DNA of 64,000 bases. It comes from Escherichia coli. Lineage in GTDB: Bacteria; Pseudomonadota; Gammaproteobacteria; Enterobacterales; Enterobacteriaceae. Under the pieces are notes generated by a model, which saw only the letters and a program-made list of their open reading frames with translations, did no database searches and was not told the origin of the DNA. Position numbers and translations under genes: made by a program. The DNA lies in NCBI RefSeq assembly GCF_048403405.1, contig NZ_CP183136.1. One strand, given 5' to 3'. Of the stretch, positions 55,598-64,000 are shown piece by piece (positions within the stretch are counted from its first letter, which is position 1; each line of letters opens with the position of its first letter).

Positions 55598-56374
55598 ATG
55601 AACGAAAACACAACGCTGAACGCACTGATTTGTCGCCACGCCCGTAACCTGCTGCTGGCGCAGGGCTGGCCGGAAGAGACGGATGTTGACCAGCGAAATC
55701 CGAACCATCCGGGCTGGATCAGCATTTACGTGCGGCTGGATGCGCCCCGGCTGGCGACGTTACTTATCAACCGTCACGGCGGCGTACTGCCGCCGGTCCT
55801 GGCGTCTGCCATGCAAAAACTGACCGGAACCGTGGCGGAACTTGTACTGTCCGGCAGCCAGTGGCAGGCGCTGCCGGTACTTCCGGCAGACGGAACGCAG
55901 GTGTTTTTCCCGTATGCCGGTGAATGGCTGACGGAGGAAGAAATCAGGGCAGTTCTTGATGCGGTGCGCAATGCAGTACGAAGCATCTGTTACCAGGTGG
56001 CAGACGATGCGCGGCGTATCCGGGCGGCGCTGACCACCACCGGTCAGACGTTGCTGACCCGGCAGACGCGCCGCTTTCGTCTGGTTGTGAAGGAAAGCGA
56101 TTACCCCTGCTGGCTTGATGAAGATGACGAAAATCTGCCCGTGGTGCTCGATGCCATTCTGAACCGTGGCGCCCGTTTTTCCTCTGTGGAAATGTACCTG
56201 GTCTGTGAGTGTGTGGAGCATATCCTGGCCAGTGGTCTGGTCTGTGATGTGCTGCGTATACCGGATGAACCGTCCCGTCGCTGGTTTGACAGGGATATTC
56301 TGCGGGAGGTTGTTCTGGAGGCACGGGATGAAATCCGCAGCATGGCGGATGCACTGGCGAAAATCAGGGGCTGA
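55598..56374 (+). CDS. Hypothetical protein (258 aa)
   Basis: Long ORF in the leading region. Confidence 0.55.
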   Translation: MNENTTLNALICRHARNLLLAQGWPEETDVDQRNPNHPGWISIYVRLDAPRLATLLINRHGGVLPPVLASAMQKLTGTVAELVLSGSQWQALPVLPADGTQVFFPYAGEWLTEEEIRAVLDAVRNAVRSICYQVADDARRIRAALTTTGQTLLTRQTRRFRLVVKESDYPCWLDEDDENLPVVLDAILNRGARFSSVEMYLVCECVEHILASGLVCDVLRIPDEPSRRWFDRDILREVVLEARDEIRSMADALAKIRG

Positions 56375-56379
56375 TGATG

Positions 56380-56790
56380 GCGGGGAAAATCCCCGCCTTT
56401 TTCCTGCCGGTCCCCGGACAGAGCACAAAGGAAGTCGCCGCCGGCTCCGCTTTACCCGGCCATGCGGGGCATGGCCTTGTGGGGGTTCAGTTATGTGGCC
56501 TCAGCGTCGTGTGCGGGCTGTGCCGTGCCTCCATCGTAGCCGGGCTTCTGCGGGCGGGTTGCAAGGTAAGGTGAACCGCTGCGGTCACCCGGTCCCTCCT
56601 TCCCGTCTGCCGTGATTTTCCGGTCGTTCACCCGCTCAGATTTCGCGGTCTCACCCTCCAACTCCCGCCAGCCGTGTGCGTCAGGCTGCGGCTTCCCTTG
56701 CGCCCTTGCAACCCTGCAGGCCCGGCAAAGATGGAGGCACGGCACCGCCCGGTGTCGCGGAATATGTGAACAACGGAGGAAAACATCATG
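56380..56790 (+). promoter_or_regulatory. Structured GC-rich intergenic region upstream of the klcA homologue
   Basis: Long-range inverted repeats (tgccgtgcctccatc at 56519.. pairs with gatggaggcacggca at 56730..; ttgcaagg / ccttgcaa). Confidence 0.5.
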
Positions 56791-57213
56791 CAATATGCGA
56801 AACCTGTCACTCTGAACGTTGAAGAGTGTGACCGTCTCTCCTTTCTGCCTTACCTGTTTGGCAACGATTTTCTGTATGCCGAGGCGTATGTGTACGCGCT
56901 GGCGCAAAAAATGATGCCGGAATATCAGGGAGGCTTCTGGCATTTCATCCGCCTGCCGGACGGTGGCGGTTACATGATGCCGGATGGCGACCGTTTTCAT
57001 CTGGTCAACGGTGAAAACTGGTTTGACCGCACTGTGAGTGCTGATGCCGCAGGTATCATCCTGACTTCCCTTGTGATTAACCGCCAGTTGTGGCTGTACC
57101 ACGACAGCGGGGATGCGGGACTGACACACCTTTACCGGATGCGCGATGCGCAGTTGTGGCGTCACATCGAATTTCACCCCGAATGCAATGCGATTTACGC
57201 GGCACTGGACTGA
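56788..57213 (+). CDS. klcA: KlcA/ArdB-family anti-restriction protein homologue
   Basis: 141 aa, resembles KlcA/ArdB from recall (LSFLPYLFG...[15 protein letters not shown]...[12 protein letters not shown]). Confidence 0.7.
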   Translation: MQYAKPVTLNVEECDRLSFLPYLFGNDFLYAEAYVYALAQKMMPEYQGGFWHFIRLPDGGGYMMPDGDRFHLVNGENWFDRTVSADAAGIILTSLVINRQLWLYHDSGDAGLTHLYRMRDAQLWRHIEFHPECNAIYAALD

Positions 57214-57259
57214 TTAACGGACGGGGCGGCGATGCCGCCCCTGTAAAGGAGACGAGAAC

Positions 57260-57679
57260 ATGTACTGTACTGTTAAAGAAATTATCCGCGAAGTGCTGGA
57301 TACAGACGTGCCGGACAGTGAATGCGTTTTTGCCGTGGTGCTGACCCGTGGGGATGTGCGTCACATAGCCCAGGACTGGAGTCTGACAGACGATGAGCTG
57401 GAAACCGTCATGCAGCGGCTGGACGATGCCTTTGAGCATGGTGCTGATGTCAGCATTGTTCACGACGTTGTTTGTGAACTGATGGAAGAAAAGCGCGCCA
57501 GCCGTCAGGTGACAGTCCCGGCGGTGATGCTGGAAAAAGTGATGGCGCTGGCAGGCAGTGAAATGAAGCGCCTGTATGCCGTCGGGAGTGAGAACGGGGG
57601 CGACGGTGACGCATTTGTCAGGGAAGAACGTGAGATTATGCGGGTGATGCGTCAGGCGCTGGACGGGGAGAATGGGTAA
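57260..57679 (+). CDS. Hypothetical protein, paralogue of 55118..55552
   Basis: RBS aaggagacgag; shared RQVTVPA motif. Confidence 0.55.
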   Translation: MYCTVKEIIREVLDTDVPDSECVFAVVLTRGDVRHIAQDWSLTDDELETVMQRLDDAFEHGADVSIVHDVVCELMEEKRASRQVTVPAVMLEKVMALAGSEMKRLYAVGSENGGDGDAFVREEREIMRVMRQALDGENG

Positions 57680-57870
57680 TGAATATCAGCAAGGAAACCC
57701 GCGAAATTCTGCGTAATTACAGGGCCGTGATTAATGCGCGGCGTCGTGAAATGGGGCAGAAACCGCTCACCACCGCGCAGATTGTTGATGAAATATGTGA
57801 TTTTGTGGTGAATCAGCAGGCTGTTTTCCTCGGTGGTCACTACATCCTTCAGGGCAGCAGGCACAGGTGA
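57679..57870 (+). CDS. Hypothetical protein (63 aa)
   Basis: ORF overlapping the previous stop. Confidence 0.35.
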   Translation: MNISKETREILRNYRAVINARRREMGQKPLTTAQIVDEICDFVVNQQAVFLGGHYILQGSRHR

Positions 57871-58065
57871 TACAGGGCAGGCGGTGGAGGCCGCCTGTCA
57901 GCCCGCGCGAAAACCCCTGGCAGGCTGGCGCCTGCCGGAAGGGAAGCGGGCCACGCTGGCGCGTCGCCCGTTACCCTTCCCGTTTGTGATGTGTCCGGAA
58001 TGTTTTTTCCTGATGTTATGTTTCTGTGGTTACTGTTCTTCTTCTTCCTCTTCTTTCCGTTCCTC

Positions 58066-58603
58066 TCCTGTTTATGCCTTTTCCGGGCGTCCCCCTGGCG
58101 GGGCGGGCTGTCGTGAACGGAGCCAGCGGAGCTGTCTCCGCCCTGGCGGGCTTCCATCCCTGACGCAAAACCCCGGGTTTGCAGCGACCGGAACGGTCGC
58201 GCCACCCCTGTCGCGCCGTGGCCTGCGCTCCCGGCATCCCGGCAAAAAGACGCCGGGATGTAAGGAGCAACGCCGTTTCGCAAACCGCGCTTCACGTCGT
58301 TGCAGCGGGTCCCTGCTCATTGCCTGCCGGGTGCCACACACCCGTATGAGTCCCTGTCGCCGGGGGCTGATACAGCCACAACCTGCCGCACTGACTGTCC
58401 AGGGTAAATGAACAGCCCACAAAATTTTTTACCCAAAACCCGGTAAAAAATTTTGCGTTCTGCCCAGGACAGGTGCGTCAGGCCGTGGCAGTGATGCCCC
58501 TTGCGGCGAAGGTTCTCAAACGGGTGAAGTTCATACCACAGGGAATACAGCAGCAGGTTCCCGCGAAACGTCAAAACCGCGGCTCCCGAAACTCAACGGG
58601 TGA
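58066..58603 (+). repeat. Frpo-like leading-region repeat, copy B
   Basis: Near-identical to copy C at 61376..61908 and similar to copy A. Confidence 0.8.
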
Positions 58604-58837
58604 TGTTCTTTAAAAATCAGGATTTATTTCAGGCTCCGGCAATACGCATTTATGTGTTCTGTCAGTCATCCGGCTGGCAGGTAATGAAAACGCAGGAACA
58701 GAAGGAGGAAAACACCGGAAAGCGTCAGATGCAGATATGAAAAAAAGCAGGTCAGGGACCTGCTTAATCCACGCCGTAAGAATTGTGCGACCAATTTTGA
58801 CGGCATTGTTAACCAATTTGTCATAAGGAATCCATTT

Positions 58838-59068
58838 ATGACTGTAAGCATTGTTTCACCTTCCGCAGCGGCTGTAAAGCCCCGCCGTCATCCCCGTTTC
58901 AGACGCGAAGACATCCCCGCGCCGGAACTTGACCCCGTGCTGAAAGCCTTCGGGCGACACATTGCCCGGAGTTTTCGCCGGGGGCGTGGTGTACACATCC
59001 CCGCCATGAAAAACACGGCCTTCGGGCAGGTGCTCCGCACACTCGAACTGAAACGCGCTTTTAACTGA
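58838..59068 (+). CDS. Hypothetical basic protein (76 aa)
   Basis: ORF downstream of Frpo copy B. Confidence 0.4.
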   Translation: MTVSIVSPSAAAVKPRRHPRFRREDIPAPELDPVLKAFGRHIARSFRRGRGVHIPAMKNTAFGQVLRTLELKRAFN

Positions 59069-59119
59069 TGAGGTGAGCCGCCCCGCGAGGGGCGGCAACA
59101 GACGGAAGGAGAACATTTT

Positions 59120-60481
59120 ATGACATTAGCAGCAATCACCATGACCGCCCCGGAAGCCGCCAGCCCGGTGCAGATGTACCGCGCGACCTACTCACCGGAT
59201 GACAACAAACTGCGCCTGTATGCCGTGTCACGTCTTGACCCGGAGACGTATAAAAAAGTGCATGATGCCGGTTTTCGCTGGGCACCAGAACAGGCGCTGT
59301 TTGTGGCTCCAGCCTGGACACCGGGCCGGGAAGACGTGCTCCTCTCACTTGCCGGAGAGATTGAGGATGAAGACAGCACGCTCGCTGAACGTCAGGAAGC
59401 ACGGGCGGAGCGGTTTACCGGATACAGCGGAAAGCGGGCCAGTGAATCCGCACAGGCACTTGATGAAGTGGAAAGACTGGCCGCGATGATCCCGCCCGGT
59501 CAGCCCATTCTTGTGGGGCATCACAGCGAACGCCGCGCCCGTCGTGATGCGCAGCGTATTGAAAACGGCATGAAACGTGCCGTGATGCTCTTTGAACGTG
59601 CGGAATACTGGGAAGAACGTGCGCGGTCGGCACTGCTTCACGCGAAGTATAAAGAACGTCCGGACGTTCGCTGGCGTCGTATCAAAAAAATCGAAGCTGA
59701 TTTGCGCAAGGCTGAAAAGACCATCGCACAGTCGCAGAAATATCTGACGATGTGGCGGGCTGAATCGCTGGATCTGAATATGGCAAAACTCATCAGCAGT
59801 CATGACCATATCAGCGCCTGTTTCCCGCTGGATACGTATCCGCGCCCGGCAGAAAAAAGCCAGTATGAAGGAAGTCGATCGTTATGGTCGGCCCTGGATG
59901 ATGACATCATCACCACGGAGCAGGCCCGCGAAATTGCGATCCGCTGTCATGAACGGCAGATTCAGCATCAGCAACGCTGGGTTAACCACTATCAGAACCG
60001 CCTGATCTATGAGCGTGCCATGCTGGACGAAAGCGGCGGCGTGGTTACCCGGACACAGGATTTTGAGCCGGGCGGACAGGTTTTCAGCCGGGGCGAGTGG
60101 CTGACCATCATCCGCGTGAACAAAAGCAACGGGGCGGTGAGTTCAGTCACAACGCCGAATTACAGTTTTCTCGGGTACAGCGGCACGATGAAAGTGACGC
60201 CCGATCGCATCACGGACTACAAAGCACCATCGGCAGAAGAGGCTGCCGTCGCCAGCCAGGCCGCGAAGCGTCCGCCGGTAGTCAACTATCCGGGGGAAGG
60301 TTTCCGGGAAATGACAAAGGCGCAGTGGGCCGCCCTGCCCCGGGACTGTAAGGCCGTGCGCAGTGTGGCAGAGACAGAAGACCACGGGGCATACCGCTAC
60401 CGCCGCACAATGGACAATAATTTCCGCCTGGTGAATGTGTATATCACCGACATGAAAATCACGGAAATCCCGCAGAAATAA
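59120..60481 (+). CDS. Hypothetical leading-region protein (453 aa)
   Basis: Long ORF with RBS ggaaggag; no family recognised. Confidence 0.6.
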   Translation: MTLAAITMTAPEAASPVQMYRATYSPDDNKLRLYAVSRLDPETYKKVHDAGFRWAPEQALFVAPAWTPGREDVLLSLAGEIEDEDSTLAERQEARAERFTGYSGKRASESAQALDEVERLAAMIPPGQPILVGHHSERRARRDAQRIENGMKRAVMLFERAEYWEERARSALLHAKYKERPDVRWRRIKKIEADLRKAEKTIAQSQKYLTMWRAESLDLNMAKLISSHDHISACFPLDTYPRPAEKSQYEGSRSLWSALDDDIITTEQAREIAIRCHERQIQHQQRWVNHYQNRLIYERAMLDESGGVVTRTQDFEPGGQVFSRGEWLTIIRVNKSNGAVSSVTTPNYSFLGYSGTMKVTPDRITDYKAPSAEEAAVASQAAKRPPVVNYPGEGFREMTKAQWAALPRDCKAVRSVAETEDHGAYRYRRTMDNNFRLVNVYITDMKITEIPQK

Positions 60482-60527
60482 GGTATATCCCCCCGGGAAA
60501 TCCCCGGGGGATGACGGAGATAATGAT

Positions 60528-61091
60528 ATGCACAGTCAGTTAAAAGAACGTATCCGGCTGATGCGCGCAAGGCTGGATAACGCCGCGCCGGTTGCTGAAA
60601 TCCGGGCTGAATCTCAGCTTTTTGTGACTCCTGCCCCGGTCTGTGATCGCCTGGTGACGCTGGCGGAGATCAGCAACCGTGATCACATTCTGGAACCCTC
60701 TGCCGGCACCGGGGCCATACTGCGGGCGATTCGTCATGTCGCGCCGGGGGCCATGTGTGATGCGGTGGAGATTAACAGCGGGCTGGTCCGGTATCTGCGG
60801 GATAATTTTAACGGTGTCAGGGTTCAGTGTGGCGACTTCATGGAATGGCAGCCGGTGCAGTATTACAGCCGGATTATCATGAATCCGCCGTTCAGTCACG
60901 GGCAGGATATCCGGCATATCCTGCGGGCTTTTTCCCTGTTGCGTCCGGGTGGTGTGCTGGTTGCCGTCTGTCTGAACGGGCCGCGCCAGCAGGAGAAGCT
61001 GTTACCGTTTTCTGATGTCCGCGAGGTGCTGCCGTGCGGCACATTTGCTTATACCCGTGTTCCGACGATGATTATTCGTCTGCGTGCCTGA
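60528..61091 (+). CDS. Putative SAM-dependent methyltransferase (NPPF motif)
   Basis: Motifs EPSAGTGA and IIMNPPF. Confidence 0.65.
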   Translation: MHSQLKERIRLMRARLDNAAPVAEIRAESQLFVTPAPVCDRLVTLAEISNRDHILEPSAGTGAILRAIRHVAPGAMCDAVEINSGLVRYLRDNFNGVRVQCGDFMEWQPVQYYSRIIMNPPFSHGQDIRHILRAFSLLRPGGVLVAVCLNGPRQQEKLLPFSDVREVLPCGTFAYTRVPTMIIRLRA

Positions 61092-61270
61092 TGACTCCGG
61101 GCAGGCGGGAGGATAAATGCCCGTCTGCCCGCGCCGGGAAAAGACCGCGCGCCGGTGGCGCTGAAAGGGGCCGCGCTTACGCGCCGCCCCTTTCATTACG
61201 CGGACGTTCTGCTGTGGGCTTCTGTCTTTTCAGACCTGTCATTTGCTTGTTACTGATGATGTTGTTGTTC

Positions 61271-61327
61271 CTGCTACTGCTACTGCTACTGCTACTGCTA
61301 CTGCTACTGCTACTGCTACTGCTACTG
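61271..61327 (+). repeat. Hexanucleotide microsatellite (CTGCTA), about 9.5 units
   Basis: Directly visible perfect period-6 repeat. Confidence 0.95.
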
Positions 61328-61375
61328 TTCTTCTTTTTTCTGCTGCTCTGATTACTGTCTGTTTTGTTGTTCTCC

Positions 61376-61908
61376 TGCTTATGCCTTTTCCGGGCGTCCC
61401 CCTGGCGGGGCGGGCTGTCGTGAACGGAGCCAGCGGAGCTGTCTCCGCCCTGGCGGGCTTCCATCCCTGACGCAAAAACCCGGGTTTGCAGCGACCGGAA
61501 CGGTCGCGCCACCCTTGTCGCGCCGTGGCCTGCGCTCCCGGCATCCCGGCAAAAGACGCCGGGATGTAAGGAGCAACGCCGTTTCGCAAACCGCGCTTCA
61601 CGTCGTTGCGGCGGGTCCCTGCCCGTTGTTCTGTCCGGTGCCATTCACCTGTTTAAGCCCCTGTCGCCGGGGGCATAGACAGCCACAACCTGCCGCACTG
61701 ACTGTCCAGGGTAAATGAACAGCCCACAAAATTTTTTACCCAAAACCCGGTAAAAAATTTTGCGTTCTGCCCAGGACAGGTGCGTCAGGCCGTGGCAGTG
61801 ATGCCCCATGCGGCGAAGGTTCTCAAACAGGTGATGGTGAATACCGGAGGGAACAAAAGGCAGGTCCCCGCAAAACGTCAAAACCGCGGCTCCCGAAACT
61901 CAACAGAT
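61376..61908 (+). repeat. Frpo-like leading-region repeat, copy C, upstream of ssb
   Basis: Near-identical to copy B; ends about 40 bp before the ssb start. Confidence 0.8.
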
Positions 61909-61945
61909 GATGGGGGCTGAAAACATCAACAGAAGGAGACACATC

Positions 61946-62473
61946 ATGGCAGTTCGTGGCATTAACAAGGTCATTCTTGTCGGTCGTCTGGGAAAAGATC
62001 CGGAAGTCCGTTACATCCCCAACGGGGGCGCAGTGGCAAACCTGCAGGTGGCCACGTCAGAAACCTGGCGCGACAAACAGACGGGGGAAATGAAGGAGCA
62101 GACGGAATGGCACCGCGTGGTGCTGTTCGGCAAGCTCGCGGAAGTGGCAGGTGAATATCTGCGTAAGGGGGCGCAGGTCTACATTGAAGGCCAGCTTCGC
62201 ACCCGTAGCTGGGAAGATAACGGTATTACCCGTTACGTCACCGAAATCCTTGTTAAAACCACGGGCACCATGCAGATGCTGGGGAGTGCACCACAGCAGA
62301 ACGCTCAGGTGCAACCGCAGCCTCAGCAGAATGGTCAGTCACAGAGTGCTGACGCGACGAAAAAAGGGAGCGCGAAAACGAAAGGCCGTGGACGTAAGGC
62401 TGCGCAGCCGGAGCCTCAGCCGCAACCACCGGAGGGGGAGGATTACGGGTTTTCAGACGATATCCCGTTCTGA
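61946..62473 (+). CDS. ssb: Plasmid single-stranded DNA-binding protein
   Basis: [28 protein letters not shown]... OB fold and acidic tail DDIPF. Confidence 0.9.
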   Translation: MAVRGINKVILVGRLGKDPEVRYIPNGGAVANLQVATSETWRDKQTGEMKEQTEWHRVVLFGKLAEVAGEYLRKGAQVYIEGQLRTRSWEDNGITRYVTEILVKTTGTMQMLGSAPQQNAQVQPQPQQNGQSQSADATKKGSAKTKGRGRKAAQPEPQPQPPEGEDYGFSDDIPF

Positions 62474-62491
62474 CTGGCCTGACTGTGATAA

Positions 62492-62764
<273 letters not shown>

Positions 62765-62823
62765 GAGAGGTGCCGGACGGGGATCACGTCCGGCAGACAT
62801 TAACTACACAATAAGGGGATAGT

Positions 62824-64000
62824 CATGTCAGTAACAAAGTCTGAACCAAAATCTACCCGTAAAGCAAGCCGTAAACCTGCAAAAACGCAGGAAACTGTCC
62901 TGTCTGCCCTGCTGGCGCAGACGGAGGAAGTGAGCGTGCCGCTGGCCTCGCTGATTAAGTCACCACTGAATGTGCGCACGGTGCCGTATTCTGCGGAGTC
63001 CGTCAGCGAACTGGCTGATTCCATTAAGGGGGTCGGCCTGCTGCAGAATCTGGTTGTTCATGCCCTGCCAGGTGACCGCCACGGTGTCGCCGCAGGTGGT
63101 CGCCGACTGGCAGCACTCAACATGCTGGCAGAGCGTGGCATCATTCCGGCTGACTGGCCTGTCCGCGTGAAAATTATTCCGCAGGAACTGGCGACGGCCG
63201 CATCGATGACCGAGAACGGTCATCGTCGGGATATGCACCCAGCCGAACAGATTGCCGGATTCTGTGCAATGGCGCAGGAAGGCAAAACACCTGCACAAAT
63301 CGGTGATTTGCTGGGCTATTCACCCCGCCACGTTCAGCGAATGCTGAAACTGGCTGACCTTGCGCCTGTCATCCTCGATGCGCTGGCAGAAGACCTCATC
63401 ACCACCGAGCACTGTCAGGCGCTGGCGCTGGAGAACGACACCGCGCGTCAGGTGCAGGTGTTTGAAGCCGCCTGTCAGTCGGGATGGGGCGGTAAACCGG
63501 AAGTACAGACCATTCGTCGTCTGGTGACCGAAAGTGAAGTGGCGGTGGCAGGGAACAGTAAATTCCGCTTCGTGGGGGCTGATGCCTTCTCGCCAGATGA
63601 ACTGCGCACTGACCTGTTCAGCGACGACGAGGGTGGCTATGTGGACTGCGTGGCGCTCGATGCCGCCCTGCTGGAAAAACTCCAGGCTGTTGCTGAACAC
63701 CTTCGGGAAGCCGAAGGCTGGGGATGGTGCGCCGGACGCATGGAGCCTGTCGGTGAGTGCCGTGAGGATGCCGGAACATACCGCTGTCTGCCGGAGCCGG
63801 AAGCGGTGCTGACGGAGGCGGAAGAAGAACGTCTGAACGAACTGATGACGCGTTACGACGCGCTGGAAAACCAGTGTGAGGAATCTGACCTGCTGGAAGC
63901 AGAAATGAAGCTGATGCGCTGCATGGCGAAGGTCAGGGCGTGGACGCCGGAGATGCGTGCCGGAAGCGGTGTGGTGGTGTCCTGGCGTTATGGCAACGTG
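62824..64000 (+). CDS. ParB-like nuclease-domain protein, 3' end beyond the window
   Basis: Open frame from ATG at 62824 to the window end; ParB N-terminal-like motif (VHALPGDRHGVAAGGRRLAAL) and HTH region. Confidence 0.7.

Noticed and set aside
61243-61470. ORF encoding poly-(AT) dipeptide repeats
   Set aside because: In-frame reading of the CTGCTA microsatellite in an intergenic region.

Overview
The window reads as most of an IncFII (R100/R1-type) F-like conjugative plasmid. In order: hok/mok; a Frpo-like repeat; yubP (orf273) and gene X; an R100-type oriT (nic motif TAGGGTGT|GGTG on the minus strand); the tra operon traM to traX; finO; hydrolase, nuclease and DUF2726 cargo; the RepFII replicon (copB, tap, repA1, oriR); a yacAB RelE/ParE-type toxin-antitoxin pair; the microcin B17 operon mcbABCDEFG on the minus strand, with an IS903 copy inserted in mcbB; parMR with parC; and the distal leading region (two orphan methyltransferases, a KlcA/ArdB homologue, ssb, a ParB-like gene running off the window). 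Several tra genes are broken by frameshifts (traJ, traY, traA, traH, traG, traD, the 5' end of traI, plus yubP), in clusters, while neighbouring genes are intact; I cannot tell from sequence alone whether this is real decay or assembly indels. I found no clearly novel system. The best candidates for something undescribed are the uncharacterised small ORFs and repeat-associated genes in the leading region, which sit among known anti-restriction functions. All protein identifications are from my recall of family sequences, not from a database search.
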